From NCBI GenBank assembly GCA_030704615.1, contig CM060732.1, forward strand, positions 57,846,001-57,910,000: a stretch of 64,000 nucleotides of DNA. Reading direction: 5' to 3'. The notes beneath the pieces were generated by a model. It searched no databases. It was not told the DNA's origin and saw only the letters and a program-made list of their open reading frames with translations. Below are positions 26,201 through 37,868 of this stretch, one piece after another. Source of the stretch: Takakia lepidozioides (lineage: Eukaryota; Plantae; Bryophyta). Position 1 is the stretch's first letter. Each line of letters opens with the position of its first letter. The position numbers were made by a program, and so were the translations under genes.

Positions 26201-29200
26201 ATAATGGAACTTACAAAATTCCTTGATGAATAGTTGGTTTTGGGCTGCTTGTTGAGTCTCAATTCATTCATTTCCTTTCTTCCTGCATGAGGCATTACAT
26301 CTTAGACAACCCCTTGATAGTCGGTTTTGGGCTTGTTGTGGACCCTACTCTCTCCTGGTTTCCTGCTTTCTCTTGTCCCATAAGCTCTTTGAGCTTTCCG
26401 CAGAACGTTATAAAGTGTCATTTCATTAAGGCACTTTGTCTTTAGACTAGTCTGAAGTGATTTCTTGTAGTTGTCCATTGTCCCATGGGCCCTAGGGTAC
26501 CTGTAGCACAATTCAGTTTCTTGCTTGATTTCACTCTTCTATGGGAGGAAAAAGGTCAAGTATGAAACTCACCCTCCTCCAGTGAGCACAGCAAACACAA
26601 CGCTAATAACGGAGCCTCCATTTTCTCCATGATCCGCCACCAGCTTTGACCCGTACCACATCGCCAGAGCATAGCTCATGAACATGGTCATCAGAGCAAA
26701 ACCAAGGCCAAGACCAGAGGCTACACCTGACTTAACTCCGGACTTCTCAGCAATTGCAAGCGCTTTGTCATACTCATCCACGGATTTGGTCTCTCCAGTG
26801 TAGGATGACACCTACAAACATTGCAGTGAACCATCATTTACAGTACCAGACAACAACCTCAACCTAAATGTGTGATCATAATTTTCTGTCTGCTCTTCCA
26901 AGATTCACAAAGAAATTTCTGTCAGTGGAACCATACGGCTGCAGGATTGGACTCCAAAAACTCTCTGAGCACGAAAGGATGCAGACACTGAATATTTTGC
27001 GTTTATAATCAACTCTTAGTTGATAAACATGAGGTACAAATAGGCTTGTTCATGAAAACAATACAATGCACAACTGATTGGTCTTATCGAATTTGTTATG
27101 AACTCTACATTGGAAGGCACATATTATACAAGGCACACGTCAAGGGACTCACTGTCCGAATAGAGCTGACAACTTGCTCAACAGTGGTGTTTGCCTCTGC
27201 ATAAGCTAACTGTCCTTCGCTTGACATTTTAGACATCAACATTGCCATGGTGCCGCCTGCCAAGATCAGGAGAGGCATCGTTGCCACCATGACCAATGTG
27301 AGCCTCCAGCCCTTCGCAAATGCAACACAAAAGCCGCCTACGAAGGTTGCAATCAACTGTTGAAACTTGCCCACCTGTCCAAAGAATGCCCACATGTTTC
27401 ACCTCATGAAGTAGAAAGCCATATTCTAACTAGATTTATATTCGAATAACGACAGTTTTAATGATGTCCTCCAGCAATTATTAACAACATCTTTTGCTGC
27501 ACTGGCCCTGTGACAAATTGAGACCGAAAAATCACCGAATAGAGCTCCTGTGAGGAGAACATTACCATCCAGGATTGCCTGACATACCCATTGACAATGA
27601 ACTTGGGAGTAACTTACAGCAGGTTACAGGAAGACAAAGCTATATGACTATCTTTAGCCGAGATGGCAGACAACGCTCAAAGACCTGGGTGATACTCCAC
27701 TTTGCGGTAGTAGTTGTAACGACAGGGATGAAGATATGCTGGGTCCCAGTTGTAATCAATCTAAATTACAGGTTGGGAAAGTGTCCCATTGATTCATACC
27801 TTCTCACCAATAGCGTCCTGGATAAGAATTGTGTCACCTGCCATCCTCCCTATCACTGCGCCTGTAGTGGTGTCTTGGTCAAAAAATGGCACATCCTGCC
27901 TCAAAATGGCCTTCAAATACATACTCCTGATGCGGGCAGATTGTCGCTCTCCAGTAACCATCCAGCAGGTCACCTCTACACAACAGAATTCCCGCAGCAC
28001 TGTAAAATCCACTACCAATGACAGCCTACATGCAGAACTGAAATGTAAACATTGCCAGGGGTGGGGAAGCTCGAAAGGAAAAAATAAGCAGATTCTTCTT
28101 CCCAACAAAATCCAACTAGTGTGACCACCTATCAATCCTAAAGGGTCCAGGCTCCTCCTCTTCTTCACAAAAACACCAATCCTCACCACTACCGTCAGAT
28201 AGTAAAATGAATCAAAGACAACTTGCATTTTTAATTCGCTATCACCTTTCCAAATGTGAGCTGTTAAGCTAGAATAGTGTCTACCAAGGCTTTTCATTCC
28301 TTATGGTCAAGAAAGTGACAAATGTTCCAGAAATCTCACGGGCGTAAGATGCCACCGCAGATGCTATTCCAAGATAGACAAACTTCACAGCTACCTGCAC
28401 AGCGCCCATGCCAACATGCATAACAGTTTGGGAGTACCATCAATGTCAGTGAAAGCTGAGGAGATCTCTTGAAAGATCTATGGTGCAGCACTTGGATCTA
28501 ATGATGCCCTTGGAGGTTGTTGAAAGAAGAGACTTGGTCTCAGCTCTTTCATGACATTTGTCGCTAGAACATTAGTTCTTATTCTTGGGTTCTGGTTTTG
28601 TTCCTCTCTCATGTTTTCTTCCATTTTGTCCCATAAGCTCTATGAGCTTTCCGCGGACGTTATAAACACCATTTCATTTCATTTCATGGGGGAACTCCAT
28701 GTTGACAAGGCAAGTATCACTTGAGTCTGGGACCAGTTCCTTATAGCTATATTTCAGTCAATTTCTGCGTCTTATCCAGGAATTGAAGGATCATACAGAA
28801 GTAAGGGTATGCCAAACAAATCCATGCAGCTGAGCTCAGGCAGAAAATGCATGGAAGCTGACCAACCTCATAAAAATTCTCCAATTATATTTTCGGATGC
28901 AAAAAGGGGTAGCTAAATTAGGAAATAAAAACAATTGCTGCCCAGATTCAGCACGCCACTTTGTTTGCTTCTTGGTCTTGCAGCCATGCTGCGCTGGGTG
29001 GGGAACCTCCCCCTCATTTGTACTCTGGTTTGGATGGTCAGTAGAAGTGTTGTCCCCAACCCCACCCAAATTAAAATAACATAAATTATAATAACTGCTG
29101 TTGCTGTGTATGCCAACTGGGAGACTTGGGAACTAGAAGGAAAAGACTTCCATTGTGTTGGCTGCAAAATTCCTGGAGCACTTCTGGGCAACTTCTACAG

Positions 29201-29671
29201 CCGCAGGGGGTAGAACCATGACAATTGCACAAAGGAAATACTACTAGCCAATACTCTCCTCTGTTCTCAGAAAAACTTAAAAATTCAAGGGAAGTAAAGC
29301 AACACCTTTGACACTTCATGGACCACGGCAGACGTGTCGCTCTGGTTGTTGCCAAAGGCATTTGTTAGCGCCCCAAAGATGAGCGTCATCAATGGCATCG
29401 ACACTCCATTCGCAACCGCGCCTACAGTTCCCACTATCATAAGAAAGATATCAAAAGAATCCGCGAACTTGAACAGCTTGTAAAATGGCACTATATACTC
29501 CGTGTCTTTGCTCTTCTTCTTCGCCCCCCCGTCTACGACCTTCGTAGTTCCTGCCTCTTGTAGATCAGCCTTTGAATTGCCGTTCACTACCTTCCCCGGC
29601 GTCTTACTGCCTCCTGTCGGCCAGTCAGCTCCAGTCGAAGTGCCAACCACGTCTATGTCCGGGTTCGCCAT
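20290..29671 (-). CDS. Full-size ABCB (MDR/P-glycoprotein) transporter, ABCB4/11/21-like, 12 coding exons, ~1304 aa
   Basis: Exons: 29306-29671, 28340-28394, 27800-27975, 27153-27374, 26573-26811, 25074-25599, 24593-24866, 23540-24191, 23053-23281, 22295-22561, 21210-21473, 20290-20934. These sum to 3915 nt (frame intact). Two NBDs with [29 protein letters not shown]. Confidence 0.95.
21535..22110 (-). mobile_element. LINE 3' remnant in ABCB intron 10 (same family as 18801-19550), including its 3' UTR
   Basis: [31 protein letters not shown], followed by the cccataagctct..cggacattataaa 3' UTR. Confidence 0.7.
23335..23435 (-). repeat. Short LINE 3'-end copy with (CATTT)n tail, ABCB intron 8
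   Basis: Reverse complement of ccataagctct..gagctttccgcggacgttataaagcaccatttcattt. Confidence 0.65.
26330..26430 (+). repeat. Short LINE 3'-end copy, ABCB intron 5 (another degenerate copy at ~25810-25880)
   Basis: gtcccataagctctttgagctttccgcagaacgttataaagtgtcatttcatt. Confidence 0.6.
28570..28687 (+). repeat. Short LINE 3'-end copy with (CATTT)3 tail, ABCB intron 1
   Basis: Near-identical to 40958-41075. Confidence 0.7.
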
Positions 29672-31749
29672 ATTGCCCTGCGCCGCGACAGCCTTCAAAA
29701 GGCTTCGAGACTGATTTCCCGCTCTCGTTGAACCTCCTGAACATATAAAGGATGGATGCGGGAGGTCTTAGCGTGGAAGAACCTCGTTATCTCAACAGCA
29801 GGAATTTAGGCATTGGGAAACATAAGGTGAACACACTGACTGCAACGATGTCAGGACAGCAGGAGGAATTGCTAGCATGACAGACGTTTACACATCCTTA
29901 CCTCAAAATCCGCCACCAAATTCTCACCTTTCTTTTGAATCAAGTCAACTCCTCAACCACATCGACGAGTAGTTCCCTCTTCCCTCGAGCCTCCATAACA
30001 ACTCCAGTATCAGGTACTGGATCCGATCACCAGTGAGCGACAGATGATCGAACACTATCTCAAAATTGCAGACAATTCATCTCCAATATCTGGACGCCCC
30101 TTCACAATTCGAGTCCCGATAGCAATTCTATAGACCAAGGACTCCTTTTCCTGGAAATTCAAACCGCCTATCGTCCAGGAGACCAAAGCACCACCAGCAA
30201 CCTTATTGTAGCTTAGTTCAGCCTCTCTGTACATCTCTCTGTTCTTTTCTTTATATGTTTTGACTAGGATGCAGGTCAACGACCGCCTACAAGCACGGCG
30301 GGACCCGTGCTTGCAAGCCATTTCATGCCATTCTTTGGCCTTTTACTTCACTTGCCCTTCGAATCCCCTGCATTCGAACAACCACCATCGCTGTTCCTTC
30401 TCGAGTATCTTGGGACTTCATGTTCGAGCATGCCACAGCGAGCCCTAATGGATGAAAAATCAGTATAACATAACGGTAACACCTTCCTGGACAATTGAAA
30501 GCGTTCACATGAACGAGAGATAGTGGATGGATGGACTTTCTTCCTCGTTAAATCAACGAAGTAAACTCCGAGATGTTTCATGAATGAATGTACGTTGACA
30601 GGGCTGTTTCATTCATCCGATTGCTGGTCGGTAGTTAAAGTTTGGTTAACTTGCGTCGCAAGTAAGTTAAAGACTAAAGACACAGAGGCGGATAATAAGG
30701 CGGCGACTCACTGCTTCTGGAAGCTCCTTCTTACCACGCCTTCCCACACGTGCCCTTTCATTCGGTGCTGATTAGGTTTTCCGTAAATCGTACTGCACAC
30801 ATCCATTTTTGCACTTCCCACATCAATCGAGCCGCATAAAACGTGCTCGAAATTGAATGCGATCCCGAGTCCGTGGATCTTTTCACACTCCTAAACCGAA
30901 GTGCTTTTTGCATGGCACTTCTTGTCACATACTTACTACCTAGCGAGTTGCAAATCCGGAATCCGGATATACCTATTCAGGTTTTCAGCATGCGGTCAAA
31001 GTGGAGATGGCGCAACTTGGGGGACACTCTTGTCAGTCCTGGACCCATGCAGAGCTTTCGGTGAATAAGAAATCATATGTGATTGTATTCTAAAGACCGT
31101 GTAGACCTCGTTGGCAGAGCATCCATTTTCGTAACGCTCTCGCTGCCAAACACCCACCGTGTGAATCGTTTGCGTCAACGAACTGACAGATCTGGCGCCC
31201 GCATGCCCAGGAAGTCCACGAGCTCGTATTTAACAATTTAAAGGGACTGCATTCCCAAAAAGCTGATGTGCCAGAGACTACTTTTATGTAGTTTAGTAGG
31301 TACACAAGTCTTTTGACACTGCTTGTCAGCGGTTTTTTATTTTCATTTTTCAAAAGTCGCTCGCCGGGACACCTGTGAACTTTACCCGATGTCCACGTGG
31401 CGAGACTAACTAGGTGGCACGTTTTGACGGATCGATGGCGTGATCGAACACCCCTTATTCCACGCTGGCGATTTCCCCCACAATTCATTTCTACAAGTAT
31501 GTAGCTCAGTCATTTGCCAAAAAGAAAAAACAATCCCCCTGTTCTGTTTTAAAAAAAAAAAAAAAACACTGAGTCCTTGTAAGTACAGGGGAACTGCTAA
31601 GAATCTTGTTCATTCATGAGCAGTCTAAAAGGTACCGAATTTCGAATACACGACTGGGTCTGGACTCTGCAGAGAACAACAGGGGTCAACACCAAGACAG
31701 GCTCGGATCCGGACTGTACCGGGCCGGCCGAGATCCAGTGTGCTGCAAA

Positions 31750-32420
31750 CTTGGGGTCCCTGGCCAGTACATTTTAATAGATGGGCGCTCCAAAGGATTC
31801 CTTAGAGCAGATATTTAAAAAAACTTGATGTTGATGATCTCACGGCGATTTAGAACTAGTCTCCTACCTTAACCACTACAATGTCACCTTTTCGCTAAAT
31901 GTATTAGAGTTTAGCCAAAACCTACGTATTAGGTATTAGGGTTTAGCCAAACCTTTCAACGTGGCCTTCTGTCTTGCCGAGAAACAAAAACTCGGCAGCA
32001 GCTGGCATCCTAAAGATATATATTAATGAATCTATTAGGAGCGGCTCTAAGGATTTCGTAGAGCAGGAAAAAGGGGAAAAGTCGAATTATTATTTATATC
32101 CGCTCCAAGGGGTTTTATTTTTTATTTTTTAAAGGGAAACACCTGGGAGCGACAGCTCACAAATCAGGCCCCTTCAATAATAGTGAGAGGAGAAAATAAC
32201 CTCTTTTCACATTAACCCCCCATGAGGCATAGGAATGGGGCACCACCCAGGAACCATACCATACCCGTCAATAGCAAAATTTGACCCCAGAATCGTCTGG
32301 GTGGCACTTGGTGCACTTAACCAATTGAGCTAGTGACTGTTGGTCAAGGATTTCTGAGAGCGGGAAAATGAAAAAAGACGAATTATTATTTATATATGCT
32401 ATAAGGATTCCTTAGAGCCA
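31750..32420. repeat. Unclassified cttagagcgg-family repeat (includes an empty-site version of the chromovirus target)
   Basis: Shares tccttagagcagatatttaaaaaaa.ttgatgttga with 6460-6497 and ggccacgt/gctaaac blocks with 34140-34340 and 35400-35615. Confidence 0.65.
32140..32342 (-). mobile_element. Possible tRNA-derived SINE
   Basis: A-box-like TAGCTCAATTGGTTAAG and degenerate B-box GGGTCAAAT at tRNA-like spacing; no intact cloverleaf; interrupts the cttagagcgg repeat. Confidence 0.4.
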
Positions 32421-33569
32421 GAAGAAAATATAAAGATAAACCAATGAACGGTAAACCAGTCCAAAGTATTGTTCAAGTGATGAAGATGTTCGTATCACTA
32501 TGTCCGAGCAATGGTTGGAGAGGTTGATCTTGAAATTTGGATTGACAGAGGCTAACAAGCAGGGCTCAGTTGCTTGAATTTGTAGAAAGAGAGAGAAGAC
32601 TCCAGCCAAAGTTGGCGTAACTAAGAGCCACTTCACGTCACGGCTACTGCCCCTTTCGAGGGTGGGCCCTATAAAGAAACAGATGTCTAGGGGACACCGT
32701 GTAAGGAGGGGTAAGTAATGGATAGGTACCTAGGGTACCTGAGGAAACCTTGAGGCATGAGTGTGAAAATAAATCCTTGTTTGAGGCGTGGCGTGACGAC
32801 CAATGAATGACATACTAATTGGCCACACCTCATGCGTTTTTTACAAAAGACACTTGTCATTCCTGCAATTTGTGAGAGAGGTTTCTCAAAACAAAATGCT
32901 ATCAAAAGCCATTTGAGATCTTGCTTGAAGTTGGATATTTTGGACGCTTTGAGGCGAATGTCATTATGTGGAATCAAGTTGGAGAATATGGATTAGGGGC
33001 GGTGTTCGAAGTGTGGCGCAACTTGGGAAATCGAACTTTGAATTAATTGTAAGAAGTTCACACTTCTTTATCATTTTTAATTTTAATTTCATATGATATG
33101 GTTGTGTGAGTCAAAAATTTCTCAACTTGTCATGTGAAAGACGTTTTCTCAAAGTTGTCTGTCATAGTGAAAGTCCAAAAAAAGAACATGTCAAAAAAAA
33201 TGTAGGGCTACCTGTCAAAAAATAAAACTGTTAGCTATTACCTCCCTAAAATGCGCGAGTCGGACACATGGAAACTTGTTCGATTTTACCTCTCCAATGT
33301 TAGGCAAACTACCTACTTAACATGTAGTTTGGTCGTCTACCTTATGCCCAAAGTGGAAAGGGCCAATCCGCCTCAAAATGCTTTGTTCCCAAACTCAAAA
33401 GTGGCCACAATAGTTTCGGATCGAGCTCAAAGTAACTATTTCCTCCCGCTGTTCCTATGCACTTTACGCCCTTGTTTTCTTCACTCTCTTCACGACCTGA
33501 ATCTTGTAGGGAATGACACATAAAAGAATTACTTAAATATTAATAATTGAAATAATATATATATAAATA

Positions 33570-33813
33570 GGCAAGGACTACACTTACCCAATGCAAGCGT
33601 GTGAGGTGGTGGGCCCGTTGGCCTAAGCTTGGGGAGGCTCCGGCATACCACATGTCAAATCTCTTCCCCCACTATAAAGGTAGAGAGCGCTCCACACCTC
33701 CGGTTCCCTCCTCACGCTCCCCATTTTTAGGACCGTGTTCCCAAACATTTTCCAATTTACCGGCAAGACTCCTACGCTTGCATTCAACTCGTCGGGTAAG
33801 CGTAGTCTGCTCC
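33570..33813. mobile_element. Mutator-like MITE (244 bp)
   Basis: TIRs gactacacttaccc / gggtaagcgtagtc and aatgcaagcgt / acgcttgcatt; GG...CC ends; 9-bp TSD ATATAAATA (33561-33569) / ATTTAAATA (33814-33822). Confidence 0.7.
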
Positions 33814-34342
33814 ATTTAAATATAACAATATATATTATATTATTAAAAACTTATTATCATATTGTATCATGCTTTCAACTTCAAATTCATCATTTCAATC
33901 TAAAACCAATCAATCAAATTATTTATCATATTACATCTCAAAAATTACAAATGTACTAAATATAATATTTATATTAACGAATTTATTTTAACTATTAATC
34001 AGAAATATGAATATACATATATTACTTAATATAAAAATAAAATTATAATATAGTAATATACAATAATATACTATTATATTGTTTTCTACTCATATTTCAT
34101 CATTTCAGTAAGTTCAAAATCCATTCAATCAAATTATTAGGGTGCCAGGTAGTGCCAAGTTTTTGTTTACCGGTAAGACAGAAGGCCACGTCTACAGGCT
34201 ATGACTAAACCCTAACACCTAATACGTAGGTTTTGGCTAAACTCTAATACATTTTAGTGAAAAGGTGACATTGTAGTGAAGGTCGAAGACTAGTTCTAGA
34301 AATGTCATCATCGCCATATCATCAACATCAAATTTTTTTTAA

Positions 34343-35202
34343 CCCCTAAACGACGAGGCGACCCGAAATGAGTCGCCTCATTTTTTTATCCAGCCAATGA
34401 AGTCCGATGAAGGTGCTGCCTGAATGAAAATTGTAGCCCCCAATGTCTTCACACGCAGGACTTTATGGCACCCCGGACAGATCATTTCTCCGCCGTCAGG
34501 ATTTTTTGGAAGCGGATGCAAAATTTTGGGTGGAGGGGGGTGGGGCCACGCATGTTGACCGGCGACGTGATAGGCCCTTATGACGACACATGCGCGGTTG
34601 CCTGGGTCACATGCAATTCGGGCTGTCATAATCCTTCGCGGGAAAATCACTCAAAGCTCCATCCGAGATGCAATTTGCCCCAAATGCCGCAGTTTTTGGG
34701 CAGGGTGCTTTGAAAGATGCCACTGCATAGACTGACCGTTGCAATTTAGATTTGGCCCAAAATTTCCAGTGACCATGGGACCTCCATGATCTGCTTTGGA
34801 AATTCTCAATTGTAAGCCTACCCCCATCCACATACAAAGCAACCCCCATTTAAACTCGTTGGATTGTCCTCAATTTTTTGACAAAGCCTACGGGATGTGA
34901 GGAGGCAATGGAATATGGAGGGCATTTGCCCTGGAAAATTTTGCAACATTGCTCACGGGCTTGGTCAAAATGCACTTTTGGGACCTTTTTTTGCTTTTTG
35001 TACAAAATTGACCTAACTTATTTGTTGTAATATCTCAAATGGAACGGTCAAATAGTTTGGGATTGGGGGTGCCTGTGCATGTACTAGGTAGGGACACGTT
35101 TCAACGGTTCATCCCTGTGGATGAAAGGGGGTAGCAGGGTGGGCCAGTTTTGTCCAAATGGACAAAAATAGCTCTTGTCGTTTAGGGGTTGTCGTTTAGG
35201 GG
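34343..35202. mobile_element. TTAA-flanked non-autonomous TIR element (piggyBac-like), 860 bp
   Basis: TTAA|CCCCTAAACGAC...GTCGTTTAGGGG|TTAA. Interrupts a repeat whose uninterrupted form is at 31801-31835 and 6460-6497. Confidence 0.7.
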
Positions 35203-35615
35203 TTAATATCTGCTCTAAGGATTTCTTAGAGCGGGAAAAGGGGAAAAAGATGAATTATTATTTATATCCGCTCTAAGGAATCCTATTTATATCCTTAGAG
35301 CGGAAATATATATATATATATATATTCCTCCTCTAAGGATTCATCCGAGCCTGTAACGGGCCGACCGATATCGTTAAAGTGTGCTGCAAACTTGGGGTCA
35401 CTGGTTGGAAACAGTACATTCTCATGCACGAGCTGGGATGTAATAGATTCATTAATATATATCTTAGGATTCTAGCTAGTGCCAAGTTTTTGTTTTTCGG
35501 CAAGACAGAAGGCCACGTCGGTAGGTTTTGGCTAAACTTTAATACATTTTAGCGAAAAGGTGACATTGTAGTGAAGGTCGAAGACTAGTTCTAAAAATGT
35601 CATCATCGCCAAATC

Positions 35616-36264
35616 TGTCACGGACATAGTCTAGAGGAACTTACTAGGAGTAAATACCAGAAGTTATCAAGTTACCATGTTACCAACAGTTATCATGACT
35701 TACCGTGATTTACTATGATCTACCATGATTTATCATTACTTACCAAGTTATCGGGAGTTTATCAAATTACCAAGAGTAACTTGGGAAACTGCTCAGGAAG
35801 CTTCATTTGGAGGAAACTTCTCTATCAAGATACCTCATTTGTTTAAAGAAGCTTCTCCATCAATAAACCTTTGTTTAATCTTGGAAACTTCTCCAGCAAG
35901 CAACCTCCATAGGGGAAGCTTCTTAGAGAAGCTTCTTAGTAGCCAGTATATCTATGAGGCGAGACTGGACACTCTTCAGTCTCGCCAACTCAAGTTCAAG
36001 CTACTCTTGTTCCAAGTCCAGTACTTCAGTCCAGCTTCCAGTATCTAGTCCAGTTTCCAGTATCTGGTATTCTAGTCCAGTTTCCAACATTCCAGTATCC
36101 GAGTCGAGTTCCAGTATTTTGTACTCTTGTCCATTGTTATAAAGATCATCTTGATTCATGTTTACCTACCATGCATTCGGCCACGCCAACCTTGACTTCT
36201 TGTCTAGTCTTGTACCTCTAGTCTGATATCTTGTTTGTGTTCAGTCATGTTCTCGTCCTTGACA
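35616..36264 (+). repeat. 5' LTR (649 bp) of the Tcn1-like chromovirus
   Basis: TGTCA...TGACA termini; TATA-like box at ~35947; matches the reverse complement of 6502-7150. Confidence 0.93.
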
Positions 36265-36277
36265 GTTTGACGAGACT
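36265..36277 (+). promoter_or_regulatory. Self-priming primer-binding site (Tf1/sushi type)
   Basis: GTTTGACGAGACT has no TGG tRNA-complementary start. It is complementary (10/11) to AGTCTCGCCAA at 35978-35988, ~30 nt downstream of the LTR TATA. Confidence 0.7.
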
Positions 36278-37868
36278 AAAGTTTGTTCCTTAGTAAGTTA
36301 AGATGGAAGGCACATTTGCGGAAATGGTCGTCACATTGCAGAGTCTTCAGCTCCAGATGCAAGAACTTCGTGCCTCTACTGCCCAACTAAAAGCTGATCA
36401 GTTTCAAGACCTTGGCAATGCTCTCAACAATTTGCAACAACAAATTTCAGAGTTGAAGGAGTCGAACAATGGATCTTCAACCTTACGAGTCCTTACTACA
36501 ACAAATCCTACTGCAACGGTTCCTCCAAATCTTCAACAGATTACAAGGGAACCAAAGGTCAACATGCCCGAGAAATTTGATGGGATGAGATCAAGATTTC
36601 GCGGTTTTGTTCAACAAGTACGATTGTTCCTACGACTATATCCACAACGCTATTCTGATGAAGGTATTCAAGTAGGATTCGTGGGCACCTTTCTATCAGA
36701 CATTGCCCTATCTTGGTTTGCACCGCTATTAGAGAAAATTTCGCATTTACTATACAATTTTGAAGCGTTCATGTCCGAGTTCACTGCAACGTTTGGAGAT
36801 AATGATAGAGAGAGAGTTGCAGAGACAAAGATGCGAAATCTTCAACAAGGAGCACGTCCAACTTCCGTTTATGCTGCCGAATTTCGACAACTTGCGTGCG
36901 ACCTTGACTGGAATGAGAAGAACTTCATTAGTCAGTTTCAATGTGACCTAAAAGATGATGTTAAAGATTTGTTGCTGACAATGTCAAACGTGAGTACACT
37001 GAGCGAATTCGTCACCCAAATCATTGCATGCGATAATCGTTGGTTCGAAAGACGTCAAGAGAAGCGATCTGGATGGACGACGATGCACCATGCCGCTGCT
37101 ACTACGGCACCAAATACAACGATCATCGGACATCCGGTAATGATCCTATGCAGATTGATGCTGTCCGATTCAAGCCATTGACGCCACATGAAAAACAAAG
37201 ACGGCGCTCGAATGGATTATGCCTTTATTGCGGAGAAAATGATCACATGACATTAAACTGCCTCAACAAGAGAAGATTCAAAGCTCGGGGCACCACTCAA
37301 GTGTTCGATACGAGGAGGTCGGAAAACGAAAATGTTCAGTCACAGTACGGACCATGCGGCTGCACACCCCAAATTCCTCACCAAAAAAAGATCTCTTTCT
37401 ACCTCCTGTATCTTGTTTCACATTTCCAGTAAAGATCAGGATGCAAAATCGAGATATCTCCGTAGAAGCACTTTTGGACTCGGGCGCTTCAGCGTGTTTT
37501 ATTGACAAAGACTTTGCAAAGCAACACAATTTACCGCTCGTAAGAAAGAAATTCTCAGCCCCTGTTGAAGTTATCGATGGACGACCGTTAGCATCAGGAA
37601 ATGTTGACCATGAAACTCGACCCCTTGAAGTGAAGCTTAAAAATCAAGCATCACAGATTGTTTTCAATGTCATCCAGTCTCCAACGAATCATGTGATCCT
37701 TGGACTTCCCTGGTTTGTACTTCATAATCCTGATATCGACTGACAATCACGAAAAAATTCGGTAAGACAAAAATGCAAAAGTACCAAAGGTATTCAACCC
37801 CTGTTTTTTTGAGCTAGAGCCTTCATGAGAGCTACAAAAAAAAAGGCGACATTTGCACTTTATGCGAC

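Larger units (their letters stand above)
35616..37868 (+). mobile_element. Tcn1-like chromovirus 5' half: LTR-gag-protease, truncated
   Basis: gag 36303-~37330 (PEKFDG.RSRFRGF, LQQGARPTSVYAAEFRQLA, DPMQID, CLYCGENDHMTLNC); protease ALLDSGASACFID..VILGLPW; ends at FALYAT. Confidence 0.92.

Noticed and set aside
30815-30845. USE-like TCCCACATC snRNA promoter
   Set aside because: Imperfect, no TATA at the correct spacing, and no snRNA sequence follows.
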